Shown here piece by piece: positions 36,248 to 46,375 of a DNA stretch of 64,000 nucleotides (positions are counted from its first letter, which is position 1; each line of letters begins with the position of its first letter). A program made the position numbers and the translations under genes. The notes under the pieces are model-generated. The model was given only the letters and a program-made list of their open reading frames with translations. It made no database searches and had not been told where the DNA came from. This DNA is from an uncultured Candidatus Saccharibacteria bacterium (GTDB taxonomy: Bacteria > Patescibacteriota > Minisyncoccia > Minisyncoccales > Staskawiczbacteraceae), in assembly GCA_964424305.1 (NCBI GenBank), contig CAYRHW010000001.1, positions 7,947 to 71,946 on the forward strand. Reading direction: 5' to 3'.

Positions 36248-36997
36248 TTAGTTAATTGTTGTTCCGACAAATGGTTTATTATTTAAAAAGCTATCTAACC
36301 TTTCTAAATGTTTACCATTAATAATAGCCACTCTTAATTTTTGCTTTTCTGCAATCTGGGAAGCTATGGGATCAAAGGGAGAAGATAACCCTGGGGACCA
36401 CTTTGGACCAACAATCTTCCTATAATCACTCCAACCCATCTTTTCTATTTTCTTTGCATCTGGAAACTTACTTGGGTCTTTATCATAGACATAATCAATA
36501 TTAGTTAAATTAATGACCGTCTTAGCACCAACGGTCTTTGCTAGAATAACGGTTCCGTAATCAGTTGATCTGCCTGGTTTCCAGCCCCCACTAATAAATA
36601 TATCATATTCAGACCCTAATTTTTTTGTCGGATCGGTCCCTATCTTTGGACAAGCCAAATCACCGAAGATCTGCCTTACAATCTGAGCGTTTATACGAGT
36701 AACTCCTATCCCAGCCCAGTCTCTTTCAGTGTCACTGGCTCCGTATTCTTCCAATACTTGCTGATAAACCCTGCAAATTTTACCTCCGCCCACAGAGATA
36801 TAAAAACGGCGGCCATTTAGATTATTTAAAATTACATTCTTAAAATTGTTAAGAAATGTTAAATCAATCTTGTCTGGAGCCACCAATGAACCTCCCAGAG
36901 AAATAACGATGATTTCCTTTGCCATTTTATTAATATATTTTACCATATTTCCCAAATAGGGGTGTAATTTTACACATTCCTTAGCTATTGACAACAC
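36248..36997 (-). CDS. pyrH: amino-acid-kinase-fold protein, archaeal-type UMP kinase-like
   Basis: IVISLGGSLVAPDKID and VGGGKICRVYQ motifs. The true start is probably MAKEIIV at 36925. Confidence 0.65.
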   Translation of the reverse strand: MLSIAKECVKLHPYLGNMVKYINKMAKEIIVISLGGSLVAPDKIDLTFLNNFKNVILNNLNGRRFYISVGGGKICRVYQQVLEEYGASDTERDWAGIGVTRINAQIVRQIFGDLACPKIGTDPTKKLGSEYDIFISGGWKPGRSTDYGTVILAKTVGAKTVINLTNIDYVYDKDPSKFPDAKKIEKMGWSDYRKIVGPKWSPGLSSPFDPIASQIAEKQKLRVAIINGKHLERLDSFLNNKPFVGTTIN

Positions 36998-37097
36998 CTA
37001 TCTAATATGGTATAGTTAAAGTGTCTTAGGTAAGGTACTTGAGACGACAAAGTTCTTTCTTTTAACCCTTTTTTTGAAAAAGGGAAGGAGCCCTATT

Positions 37098-37310
37098 ATG
37101 ATGACTTACCGACCCGTCGTTACCCCCACCCAGAGGGCGGCCCATTTCCAGGACCTCGCCGAACACCGCTTCGAGGAAGCCGTGATCGCCGAACAGCGAG
37201 GAAACCAGGCAATGGCCCACGAGTTTCTGCACATGGCGGAGGAGTTCGAAGCCAAGGCCACGGTGGCCATGGGCAAGAGGTACTCCTCCGCAAGCGCCAT
37301 GAGCGCATGA
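37098..37310 (+). CDS. small helical hypothetical protein (GC-rich orphan, about 70 aa)
   Basis: GGAAGGAG SD 7 nt before ATG 37098. Terminator AAGAGCCC-13 nt-GGGCTCTT plus T-run at about 37333-37367. Confidence 0.45.
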   Translation: MMTYRPVVTPTQRAAHFQDLAEHRFEEAVIAEQRGNQAMAHEFLHMAEEFEAKATVAMGKRYSSASAMSA

Positions 37311-37530
37311 GGGGAAGCGTCCCCGACAAACAAGAGCCCGACGCGCAAGCTAGGGCTCTTCACTTTTATATCAAACTCCTATGAAAAACCAAATTCAATA
37401 CATACTAGCAATATTGCCAACACTCCAAGATTCGTTTAAGATAGCAACGATTGGTTTTGTTTTAGCCAAAAGACTAACTCCAACAATATTGAGTTTAATT
37501 CTTTTCGTTAAAATCTGATAGAATAAACAT

Positions 37531-37977
37531 ATGAAAGTCTTTTCTGAAAATAAAAAGGCAACATTTAACTACCAAATCCTAGAGAAATTCGAGTCTGGGC
37601 TGATTTTGAATGGCCAAGAAGTGAAGTCCATAAGGCTAGGGAGAATGAGCCTTGATGGCTCCTATGTTGTTTTAAATGGATTAGAACCGAACTTGATAGG
37701 CTCAAAAGTTCCAGCCTACCAACCCAAGAATGCACCAGCTGGCTACGACCCAGAGAGATCAAGAAAATTATTGTTAAAAAGGGCTGAAATCGAATATTTA
37801 ATCGGAAAAACCCACCAAAAAGGCTTGACTTTAGTGCCATTGAGAGTTTATAGTAATTATGCTAAGATTAAACTCGAATTCGGATTAGCCAAAGGAAAAA
37901 AGAAATATGACAAGAGAGAAGATTTAAAAAAGAGAGAAACCCACAGAGAAATGGCTAGAGAGTTCGGGAAAGTCTAA
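37531..37977 (+). CDS. smpB: SsrA-binding protein
   Basis: KKATFNYQILEKFESGLILNGQEVKSIR is typical of SmpB, and tmRNA lies immediately downstream. Confidence 0.9.
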   Translation: MKVFSENKKATFNYQILEKFESGLILNGQEVKSIRLGRMSLDGSYVVLNGLEPNLIGSKVPAYQPKNAPAGYDPERSRKLLLKRAEIEYLIGKTHQKGLTLVPLRVYSNYAKIKLEFGLAKGKKKYDKREDLKKRETHREMAREFGKV

Positions 37978-37980
37978 CAT

Positions 37981-38329
37981 GGGGGCGAATTGTTTCGACA
38001 AAAGATCTTTCACAAAATAAGCAAACCGAGTCCTCTTAAACCTCGTAAAACTTTAAGAAAACTAATAAGTGTCAACTTATTTAACAGACAACCAGCATTA
38101 GCATACGCTTAGTGCTCATCCTTCCTATCAATTCCTAATAGATAGATAAGGGTGTCATATTTTTAGGATATCTAGCTTTAGGTTCCGGAAAGCCAGAGAA
38201 ATGAAGGAACTAAGGATATTAAAGTTTTGTCTACTTTCTATTTAATATTCGATAATTAAAGTAGTCTAAGTTTGTAGAATTATTTTGTAAAACCTTTTGG
38301 ACGAGGGTTCGATCCCTCCGCTTCCACTA
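37981..38329 (+). ncRNA. ssrA: tmRNA (ssrA)
   Basis: 5' GGGGGCGAATTGTTTCGACA and 3' GGACGAGGGTTCGATCCCTCCGCTTCCA tRNA-like ends. Internal tag frame ...NRQPALAYA-stop. The terminal CCA is not encoded (CTA). Confidence 0.85.
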
Positions 38330-38352
38330 AAAACCCGCTTATTGCGGAAAAA

Positions 38353-38859
38353 ATGTATAGCAGAATACCAATAAACAACTATATAAGAGCAAAAGAAGTT
38401 CGCGTTGTTGATGAAACAGGAAAACAGCTTGGTGTCATGCCTCTAGAAGAGGCATTACGTATATCTGGAGGAAAAAATTTAGACCTTATCCAGGTGACAG
38501 AAAAGGTTGAACCACCAGTTTGTAAAATAGGGAACTTTGGCAAATACCTGTACCAGATACAAAAGAAAGAAAGAAAGATCAAGCCAACTGGAGGAGATTT
38601 AAAAGAAATACAAATAGGCTTTAAAATCTCACCCCACGACCTAGAAACCAAAGCCAAGGCTGCTGAAAAGTTTTTAAGAAAGGGCGACAAAGTGAAGGTA
38701 TCCATGCCACTGAGAGGCAGAGAGAAGGCTATGGGAAACTTTGCCAAAGATAAAGTATTAAACTTCTGCGAAGTACTTCATAAATTAATACCAATTAAGA
38801 CAGAGAGAGAATTAAAAAGAGAGCCCCGAGGGTTCACGATGATTGTCTCAAAAGAATAA
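38353..38859 (+). CDS. infC: translation initiation factor IF-3
   Basis: INNYIRAKEVRVVDETGKQLGVM N-terminus, in infC-rpmI-rplT order. Confidence 0.9.
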   Translation: MYSRIPINNYIRAKEVRVVDETGKQLGVMPLEEALRISGGKNLDLIQVTEKVEPPVCKIGNFGKYLYQIQKKERKIKPTGGDLKEIQIGFKISPHDLETKAKAAEKFLRKGDKVKVSMPLRGREKAMGNFAKDKVLNFCEVLHKLIPIKTERELKREPRGFTMIVSKE

Positions 38860-38863
38860 TAAT

Positions 38864-39061
38864 ATGACAACAAAAGCTAACCAAGCAATATTAAAAAGGT
38901 TCAAATTCTGTAAAAACGGAAAGATTTTGAGAAGGGCCGTCGGCCAGGACCACAACAGAGCCAAGAAGACTGGAGATAAAATTAGGAAAAGTCGCAAGTG
39001 GGTTTTAGTTTCCAAATGGGAGACAAAGGCACTAAAAAGAATGGTAGGTAAAGTTAAATAG
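38864..39061 (+). CDS. rpmI: 50S ribosomal protein L35
   Basis: Small basic protein (ILKRFKFCKNGKILRR) in the position between infC and rplT. Confidence 0.85.
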   Translation: MTTKANQAILKRFKFCKNGKILRRAVGQDHNRAKKTGDKIRKSRKWVLVSKWETKALKRMVGKVK

Positions 39062-39082
39062 ATTTAAAGAAATAATAAAACT

Positions 39083-39430
39083 ATGGTAAGAGTAAAGAGA
39101 GGTACAAACGCAAATAAACGCAGAAAAAACGTACTTAAAACTACGAAAGGTTACAAGTGGGGAAGAAAGTCCAAATACAGGTTGGCCAAGGACGCGATGA
39201 AGCATGCCTCAAAGTGGAGCTACAGAGATAGAAAAACTAAAAAAAGAGAATTCCGAAGACTTTGGACAGTAAATATCAATGGATCTTGTAGGAAATTAGG
39301 AATAACCTATAGCAGATTGATCAACGGGTTAAAGATAAATAAAATAGAGATCGACAGAAAGATTCTCTCCCAGCTCACCAAAGACAGACCAGACGTATTC
39401 GCAAAAATAGTTGAAGCCGTAAAGAAATAA
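39083..39430 (+). CDS. rplT: 50S ribosomal protein L20
   Basis: MVRVKRGTNANKRRKNVLKTTKGY. Confidence 0.95.
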   Translation: MVRVKRGTNANKRRKNVLKTTKGYKWGRKSKYRLAKDAMKHASKWSYRDRKTKKREFRRLWTVNINGSCRKLGITYSRLINGLKINKIEIDRKILSQLTKDRPDVFAKIVEAVKK

Positions 39431-39479
39431 ACAATGAAAAAACCGTCCTTGCTGGGCGGTTTTTGTTTCCATCGTTTTT

Positions 39480-40898
39480 TTATCTGGGGGCTACCGGATA
39501 CTCTCCGGTAAAGCACCCGAGACAGAAATCGTCGGGAGAAAGCCCGAGCTCTGTTATTACCTGCTTCAACTCATCTACGGTTAAATATTCCAAAGAATCA
39601 GAATGGACAACTTCCTCCCTTATCTGATCTATGGTCATGCGAGATGCAACAAGCTCTCCGGTCGTAGAAGTATCTAGCCCGAGATGGCATCTATGGCAAA
39701 CAGGAGGAGAACAAACTCTCAGGTGAACCTGTCTGGCCCTGCCATGTTCTCTGGACATTTTTACTACCACAGGAGCAACTGAACCTCGGAAAATGGAATC
39801 TTCAACTAAGCAAACATCTTTTCCGTCCATAACGTCATGGATGGCCTGAAGTTTGGCTCGCTGGCTTTTTCCACGGTTAACTTCCCTTGGCTCCATGAAA
39901 GTTCTTATGGCGTAGCGACTTTTTATAAGCCCTTCCCGGTTTGGGATGTTGGACTGAGAAGAATATCCATCGCTGTATCCTCTGCCAGATTCAGGGACTG
40001 GAACGACCACATCGGCGTGAGCAGGATGCTCTCTGGCCGAAATCTCGCCAGCCTTAACTCTGAAAGAATAAACACTGTGGCCGGAAAAACAACTGGCCGG
40101 GTTTGCAGAATAGATAAATTCACAAACACAGAAGGCAGATCTTGTTTTATCGGTCCACTTTATGGACCTCTCAATTCCATCTGCTCCCAATACCACTATT
40201 TCGCCGACGTCCACGTGACGAACAAATCTTGTTGCTTCCAACGCCGGGAAAACACTGCTCTCTGAAGCGAAGATGTAGCTATCGCTATCCCCATTTTTCC
40301 CATTCTTCTTAATGATACAAAGGGGTCGAATCCCATTCTGGTCTCTGACTCCATAAAGCTTGTTTCCGAACAAAATGACCAGAGAAAAAGCTCCCTTCCC
40401 CTCGATCTTCTTCAAAGTCTCAATAAGAGCCTTCAAGAAATCTTCTTCGGTGGAGGTGGAAAGCAACGCGCCAATCACTTCCGTATCAGATGTGGCCGAT
40501 TTGAACCTATAACCCGCCCTCCTTGCTTGCTTTCTTAATTCTCCTAACCTGACCATATTGCCATTGTGAGAGATGGCACCCATCTGACCGTGAAAGCTAA
40601 AGATGACTGGCTGTTGAGTTTTCGGCTGCTTTCTTTTTTTCTCGCCAACCTTTCCAACGGTTGAATAAAGGGTATGCATCGTGCATGCTGGCCCTATAAG
40701 TTTTGACCATTTCCTTTGGTCCCGAGGACCAAACACCTCGGAAACCCTTCCTTGCCCGTAATAATACCTCATCTTTTTCCCATCAGAAACAGCGGCCCCG
40801 CAAGCCTGCTCACCTCTGTTGTTCTCAGCATTAAGCAGAACTCTGCCGTCATGTATTACATTTCTCCCTCTACTTATTACGCCGATTATTCCGCACAT
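39480..40898 (-). CDS. purF: amidophosphoribosyltransferase-like (class II glutamine amidotransferase + PRTase)
   Basis: MCGIIGV Ntn-Cys start and a C-terminal PRTase-like region (VCLVEDSIFRGS). AAAGGAG SD. GC is higher than in the flanks. Confidence 0.7.
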   Translation of the reverse strand: MCGIIGVISRGRNVIHDGRVLLNAENNRGEQACGAAVSDGKKMRYYYGQGRVSEVFGPRDQRKWSKLIGPACTMHTLYSTVGKVGEKKRKQPKTQQPVIFSFHGQMGAISHNGNMVRLGELRKQARRAGYRFKSATSDTEVIGALLSTSTEEDFLKALIETLKKIEGKGAFSLVILFGNKLYGVRDQNGIRPLCIIKKNGKNGDSDSYIFASESSVFPALEATRFVRHVDVGEIVVLGADGIERSIKWTDKTRSAFCVCEFIYSANPASCFSGHSVYSFRVKAGEISAREHPAHADVVVPVPESGRGYSDGYSSQSNIPNREGLIKSRYAIRTFMEPREVNRGKSQRAKLQAIHDVMDGKDVCLVEDSIFRGSVAPVVVKMSREHGRARQVHLRVCSPPVCHRCHLGLDTSTTGELVASRMTIDQIREEVVHSDSLEYLTVDELKQVITELGLSPDDFCLGCFTGEYPVAPR

Positions 40899-40953
40899 TC
40901 AGGCTCCTTTCTCTAGAAACCATGGAGTAAATCAAAAATTTAAAAGGGCGTCT

Positions 40954-41448
40954 TCACGCCTTTTTATTACCATGCGGAGCTGGGAGAGTAAATAGTCTTA
41001 AAATATATCTATTAGCACTTTCCAAAATCCCCTGACTTTTCTTATACGCCCTATTTTTCCTAAGCCTCCTGGTGGTACCATCAAAATCATTCCATTCAAA
41101 CCCCTCATGTTCATGGGAGATCTTAACATCTTTATTTCTTGCCTCGATTAAGTAAAAGGTAACCGCCTTGGTAATTATCTTATCTCTCTCCTCAATTTTG
41201 GGATGGTCCTTGTGGCCTCGGTAATAATATTGTTCACCAGTCCTAAACCCGGGAATTATTTTAAAATTATCTAGTCCCGTCTCTTCTCTCACCTCCCTTT
41301 GGGCGGTATCGATTTCCCTCTCCCCAGCCTCAACGCCTCCTTTAGGAAAATTCCAATAACGTGCGCTATGTTTTAAAAGTAAATATTCAATTTTACCGTT
41401 TGGGTTTTTGTAGAACACTACCGCCCCAGCTGCTTTTTTGAGAAACAT
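40954..41448 (-). CDS. NUDIX hydrolase
   Basis: Nudix box GGVEAGEREIDTAQREVREETGL. Confidence 0.85.
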   Translation of the reverse strand: MFLKKAAGAVVFYKNPNGKIEYLLLKHSARYWNFPKGGVEAGEREIDTAQREVREETGLDNFKIIPGFRTGEQYYYRGHKDHPKIEERDKIITKAVTFYLIEARNKDVKISHEHEGFEWNDFDGTTRRLRKNRAYKKSQGILESANRYILRLFTLPAPHGNKKA

Positions 41449-43149
41449 TTATTTAAAATATTTTAATACTTTATCTAATGGTTGCGTATTAATAACATCA
41501 CCTTTTTCTGCCCACCCCCTTCGTGCCTGAGATACTCCATATTCCATTTGGTCCATCTGCTCTTTTTCGTGAGCGTCTGTATTAATTATCATTTTTACGC
41601 CAGCCTCCTTCGCTTTTTTGATATTAGTATCCTTTAAATCTAACCTATAGGGGGAGGAATTAATTTCTAGAATCGTCTCTGTTTCTTTCGCTACCCCAAA
41701 TATCCTATTAATATCTATTTGATATTCATCTCGTTGCTGGATCAGACGACCAGTCGGGTGGGAAATGATATCAACATTTGGGTTTCTCATTGCTTTAATG
41801 ATTCTTTCCGTCATCTGGTCTTTCCCCATTTTTAATTGTGAATGCACCCCAGCAATCACGTAATCTAATTGAGATAAAATCTCATCCTTAATGTCGATGG
41901 AACCATCGGCCATTACGTTCGCTTCACATCCGTGCAATATCTTAAAGTCTTTATACTTTAAATTAAGTTTTTCTATTTCCTTCTTCTGCTTTAATAATTG
42001 GCCCCCTGTTAAACCCCTCTCAATGTGTAAAAATTCTGTGTGGTCAGAAATCCCTATATATTTATATCCCAAGTCCATGGCCTTCTTCGCCATTACTTCA
42101 ATAGAATGCCTCCCCCCATCCCAGCTAGAATGACAATGCAAATCTCCTTTTATATCTTCCCGCTCAATCAACTTCGGAAGTTTATTGGTCAATTCTCCCT
42201 GATTCTCTCTTAACTCTGGAGCGATCCAAGGAAGCCCAAGAGCAGAATATATACCCTCCTCTGTTTTCCCGGCCACCATTTTTGAACCAGAGAAAACGCC
42301 GTATTCATTCAGCTTAAGGCCCTTTGATATGGCTATCATCCTCGTCTCAATATTATGCTCCTTTGAACCAGTAAAATACTGAAGAGCGGAACCATAACTT
42401 TTTTCCGGTACTATCCTTAGATCTGCATCAATTCCCCACTTTAAATGCACAGATGCTTTTGTTGATCCCTTTGCCCAGACTTTTTCAACTCCAGGGAGTT
42501 TAGTAAAAAAATCTACTACTTTGCCGTGATTTTTAGCAACCACAAGAATGTCTACATCTCCAACCGTCTCCTTCATCCTCCGTATTGATCCAGCCAAACT
42601 AATTTTCTTTACTTCTTTCAAATCTCCCAATCTCTTTAAGATATCTTTTACCACTGGCATAATCTCACCAATCAAAACTCTTCCCTTATTCCTGCTTAAA
42701 AAATCAATTCCTTCCAAGATATTTTTTTCTACTTTCTCCCCGAAGCCGAATAACTCCTTTATTTTCCCCTTCTTAGCAGCTTGCCCCAACTGTTTTAGAT
42801 TTTTAATATTCAACTTCTCATACAAGGTTTTAATTCTTTTAGGACCCAATCCTTCAACGCCCATCAATTCATCTAACTTAACGGGAATTTTCTTCTTATA
42901 CTCATCCAGGATCCTAACTGTTCCTGTCTTTAAATATTCTTCTATGGCCTTGGCTAAACCTTCACCAACTCCAGCAATACCTTTCAGCCCCTCAAACCCA
43001 TCTTTTTTATATATCTCCTCTACATCCTGATCTAAAGCCTCTAAAACCTGAGCTACTTTTTCGTAGGCAAAAGGCTTAAATGGAACATTGTCCATATATA
43101 GGTAAGTGGCTATGGCATAGAATGCTTTCGCTATTTCTCTGTTTACCAT
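41449..43149 (-). CDS. polX: family X DNA polymerase with C-terminal PHP domain (PolX)
   Basis: HhH/pol-beta-like N-terminal half (GSIRRMKETVGDVDILV) and a PHP half (DLHCHSSWDGG, NTDAHE). Confidence 0.85.
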   Translation of the reverse strand: MVNREIAKAFYAIATYLYMDNVPFKPFAYEKVAQVLEALDQDVEEIYKKDGFEGLKGIAGVGEGLAKAIEEYLKTGTVRILDEYKKKIPVKLDELMGVEGLGPKRIKTLYEKLNIKNLKQLGQAAKKGKIKELFGFGEKVEKNILEGIDFLSRNKGRVLIGEIMPVVKDILKRLGDLKEVKKISLAGSIRRMKETVGDVDILVVAKNHGKVVDFFTKLPGVEKVWAKGSTKASVHLKWGIDADLRIVPEKSYGSALQYFTGSKEHNIETRMIAISKGLKLNEYGVFSGSKMVAGKTEEGIYSALGLPWIAPELRENQGELTNKLPKLIEREDIKGDLHCHSSWDGGRHSIEVMAKKAMDLGYKYIGISDHTEFLHIERGLTGGQLLKQKKEIEKLNLKYKDFKILHGCEANVMADGSIDIKDEILSQLDYVIAGVHSQLKMGKDQMTERIIKAMRNPNVDIISHPTGRLIQQRDEYQIDINRIFGVAKETETILEINSSPYRLDLKDTNIKKAKEAGVKMIINTDAHEKEQMDQMEYGVSQARRGWAEKGDVINTQPLDKVLKYFK

Positions 43150-43796
43150 GTGCCCTCTTCATTAGGGGTCTTCACCGGCTGGCCGATATGAGTAGCCTGG
43201 ATGGTAGAAAATAGTTGTTTCCGAATGAAAATTAATAGGATGGCAGCAAGGAAAGTAAATAATCCGACAAAAGCTAAGATGAGTTTAAACCCTAGAAAGG
43301 CGGTGGCTACTCCGCCCATAGCAGCGGCTATGCCGGCGCCCACCCCGACGAATGTACTCCACAAACTCCACTCCAACGCCTCCTTTCCTTTATCAATGTG
43401 CCTTGTGAAGATCGCCGTCCAGGCAGGGATAACTAGAGCCATGGCAATGGAATGGACTATTTGGGCAAGGTAAATATGCCAAGGCGCTGTAGACAGCAAA
43501 TACATAATTGGAACAATCCCAGTCATAAAAGTACCAATTAACATAAGGGTAAAATCATCTTTTTCCCCATGATTTTTGTCCAGATACCTAGCAATCGGAA
43601 TTTGTAAAATTGATTTTGGAATCCAATAGAAAAAAGCCGAAAGACCAGCAACCTCAAGGGCCTTCTCCAAGTTGCCATTTGTTATCTCCTGGGCGATAAA
43701 TAAAGAAAAGATAGGGGACAAAAACCCCCACCCGTAATTTAGAATGAAATCACTATAAACTAAAACTTTAATAACTCGGTTTACACCCTTGAACAT
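43143..43796 (-). CDS. polytopic membrane protein (MFS-half-like)
   Basis: About 6 predicted TM helices. No specific motif recognised. Confidence 0.4.
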   Translation of the reverse strand: MFKGVNRVIKVLVYSDFILNYGWGFLSPIFSLFIAQEITNGNLEKALEVAGLSAFFYWIPKSILQIPIARYLDKNHGEKDDFTLMLIGTFMTGIVPIMYLLSTAPWHIYLAQIVHSIAMALVIPAWTAIFTRHIDKGKEALEWSLWSTFVGVGAGIAAAMGGVATAFLGFKLILAFVGLFTFLAAILLIFIRKQLFSTIQATHIGQPVKTPNEEGTW

Positions 43797-43882
43797 ACTT
43801 TGATTTTGTTAATTATAAATTTATCTATTATACATCAACGACACACTAAACAAAAACCCCGCTATTTGGAAGCGGGGTTTTT

Positions 43883-44521
43883 TTAAATTTTTGGTTTTCT
43901 ATCGCTATGAAATTCCTTATCCATCTCCCCAACGAAATCCAGCAAAACGGGCTCATCAATTAATTCCCTTATTTGTGACCACCAAGGTTTTTGAGGGAAA
44001 TTTTTATTAGTTTTCCAATATTCTATCGCCTGCAAAAAATTCTCTAATCTATCTGCCTGTTTAAAAAATCTTCCCTCTGGCGTTAGCCCACTTTCGTAAT
44101 CATTCCAAAGGTTTTTCATTTCAAACCTCGTAGATTTGGGTAAATATTCGAGAAGCTTATCTAGGGCTTCTTTCTCCTTCTTATGTTTATCCTTAGCAAT
44201 CTTCTTCCTCTCCTCTTCCGTGAACCTTGGCCAAGTTTTCATTAGCTCCCTTATCTTCTTTTTGCCTTTGGGAAGAATCGTGTCGTAGGGAGTAGTATCA
44301 CCGGCATAAACCTCACAAAGATCATGGATTAATGCAATTTTTAAAAGCCTTTCCATATTCAGACCCGTTTTCCTGTTTCCCAAAATCCAAGCCATTAAAA
44401 CTGCCCTAAACGTGTGGGAGGCAATTGTCTCGGGATTTTTAACTTCCCTTAACACCCAGCCTTTTTTGGGCATCTTTTTTAACTCCCCGACTTCAATAAA
44501 AAACTTAATCAGATTATTCAT
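43883..44521 (-). CDS. HD-domain phosphohydrolase (YfbR-like 5'-nucleotidase family)
   Basis: ASHTFRAVLMAWIL and IHDLCEVYAGDTTPYD (H...HD...D). Confidence 0.7.
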   Translation of the reverse strand: MNNLIKFFIEVGELKKMPKKGWVLREVKNPETIASHTFRAVLMAWILGNRKTGLNMERLLKIALIHDLCEVYAGDTTPYDTILPKGKKKIRELMKTWPRFTEEERKKIAKDKHKKEKEALDKLLEYLPKSTRFEMKNLWNDYESGLTPEGRFFKQADRLENFLQAIEYWKTNKNFPQKPWWSQIRELIDEPVLLDFVGEMDKEFHSDRKPKI

Positions 44522-44572
44522 ATATTAGTATAATTTAAAACCACTTAAATACGACCGACGACATTAGAAATA

Positions 44573-45046
44573 TTAGGAGGACAGATATTTAATTTTCTTT
44601 ATTGTATAGGTTGTTTCGAGCGGAGGAGACACCTTAACCTTTTCACCGATTTTGTGCCCGATCAACGCCATCCCGACAGGAGATTCGTTGCTAATTTTGC
44701 CAAGAGTAGGATTCGCCTCCAACGTTCCTGTGATTGTGAACTCATCTTTTTCTCCATCTACATCAACCGTAATTGTGGCACCCAGTCCAACGAGTTTCTC
44801 CTTTCCCGAAGAAGGTTTTTTAATTATCTCGTGATTCTTAATTATATTTTCAAGCTCTGCTATGCGAGACCTTAAAAAGCTCAGATCTTCCTGAAAATTA
44901 AGATATTCGGGGTTTAGGTCTTCCGACTCAAAAATCTTTGGGATGTCTCCTTTGGTCTTTTTAAACTCAACAGCCAAGAGCTCCTTATACTCTTTTTTAA
45001 GTTCTTCATACTTATCTTTTGTTATGTAGAATATTCTTTCTGCCAT
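44573..45046 (-). CDS. greA: transcription elongation factor GreA
   Basis: N-terminal coiled coil plus a C-terminal FKBP-like domain (ISNESPVGMALIGHKIGEKV). Confidence 0.85.
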   Translation of the reverse strand: MAERIFYITKDKYEELKKEYKELLAVEFKKTKGDIPKIFESEDLNPEYLNFQEDLSFLRSRIAELENIIKNHEIIKKPSSGKEKLVGLGATITVDVDGEKDEFTITGTLEANPTLGKISNESPVGMALIGHKIGEKVKVSPPLETTYTIKKIKYLSS

Positions 45047-45115
45047 GATTACTTCCCCCTTTGGGGTTTTATCATTCTTACTTTTAAAGACGCGTTTGTC
45101 AACCTTTTCCCTTTA

Positions 45116-46375
45116 TTACAACAGCGGTTTTTGCCTCTTTTTATCGTTTCCAGCCCCCGCCAGAGAGATCTTAATCTTCCCATAAACTCCATCAAATCCA
45201 GGCTCAATGGCGACCTTACCCTCTCTCACCTTCATAATCCCATCGACAATCTCCGGCAGGGCACAGCCGTTAAGTTTCCCCCTGCTTGCATCGAGAAGGA
45301 TGCTAAACTCACTCCCGCAGGTTTTAATCAGATTCTCGTAGTCTTCTCCGACTTTTTTTGAGGCAACCGTTACCCCCCTTGCCTTTGCAATAATTTCTTC
45401 CAGGGGAATCAAGCTATAAAATGGGATGCGATCTTCCCCGTTATATCCATCGGGCCTGTCTGCCAATTCCTCTACTCTATTCAAGACGCCGATTGTTAGT
45501 GGCTTATTACATTTAGGGCAAACATTATTATTTTTCTTAGACTCTTTTGGGCAGAAACTTATACCGCAGGCCCGATGGCCATCGTAGTGATATTTTCCTT
45601 CTTCTGGGAAGAATTCTATTGTATATAGAAATTTTGCCTTATTGTTTGATTTAACAGCATCCGTTATCCCATCGTAACTTAGCTCCGTATTTAAAACATT
45701 CGCCTCTCTACCAATTTTCTGAGGGGAGTGGGCGTCGCTATTTGATATGAGGGCTATCTTATCCAAAAAAGATAGCCTCCAGTTCATTGCCGGGTTGCTA
45801 GATAAGCCCGTCTCCACCGCATATATATATTTTGAATATTCCTCAAAGCATTCCTCTATTGTGTCAAAACCAGACTTCGACCCGAATAAGGAGAACCAGG
45901 GGGTCCAAATATGGCCGGGGATTATTAAACACCTCCAGTCAATATCCAAAACAATTTTCGCTAACTCTTTCGCGTCCAACCCGAGGATAGGCCGCCCATC
46001 TGCCTTCAAGTTTCCAATGGCTGACAACTGTTTATTAATCTTTTCCACAACATCAACGGACGGCGCGACAACTATAATGTGGATTTTCCTTACTCGCCCA
46101 TTTTTGGAATAAATACAACTAATTTCTGAGGTTAGTATGAACCGCGTGGGGGAATTAGTTTTATCTACTCCAAAAGCTAGTTTAAAAAGACCAGCTTCTG
46201 CTGGTTCTAATTTTTCTTTAAGATTGGCTAGCCATCCAGGATGAGTAAAATCCCCAGTTCCCAGAACATTTACACCTTTTTTCCTAGCCCATTGATCCAG
46301 GCTTTCTATGTCCATGCTCGGCGAAGTGGCTCGAGAATATTTAGAATGTATATGGAAATCGGCTATTATTTTCAC
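45116..46375 (-). CDS. endonuclease Q-like PHP-domain nuclease
   Basis: ADFHIHSKYSRATS, LGTGDFTHPGW, SNSDAHSPQKIGREAN, zinc-ribbon CPKC and a terminal GFDGVYGKIKI parallel the remembered Pyrococcus EndoQ sequence. Confidence 0.6.
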   Translation of the reverse strand: MKIIADFHIHSKYSRATSPSMDIESLDQWARKKGVNVLGTGDFTHPGWLANLKEKLEPAEAGLFKLAFGVDKTNSPTRFILTSEISCIYSKNGRVRKIHIIVVAPSVDVVEKINKQLSAIGNLKADGRPILGLDAKELAKIVLDIDWRCLIIPGHIWTPWFSLFGSKSGFDTIEECFEEYSKYIYAVETGLSSNPAMNWRLSFLDKIALISNSDAHSPQKIGREANVLNTELSYDGITDAVKSNNKAKFLYTIEFFPEEGKYHYDGHRACGISFCPKESKKNNNVCPKCNKPLTIGVLNRVEELADRPDGYNGEDRIPFYSLIPLEEIIAKARGVTVASKKVGEDYENLIKTCGSEFSILLDASRGKLNGCALPEIVDGIMKVREGKVAIEPGFDGVYGKIKISLAGAGNDKKRQKPLL

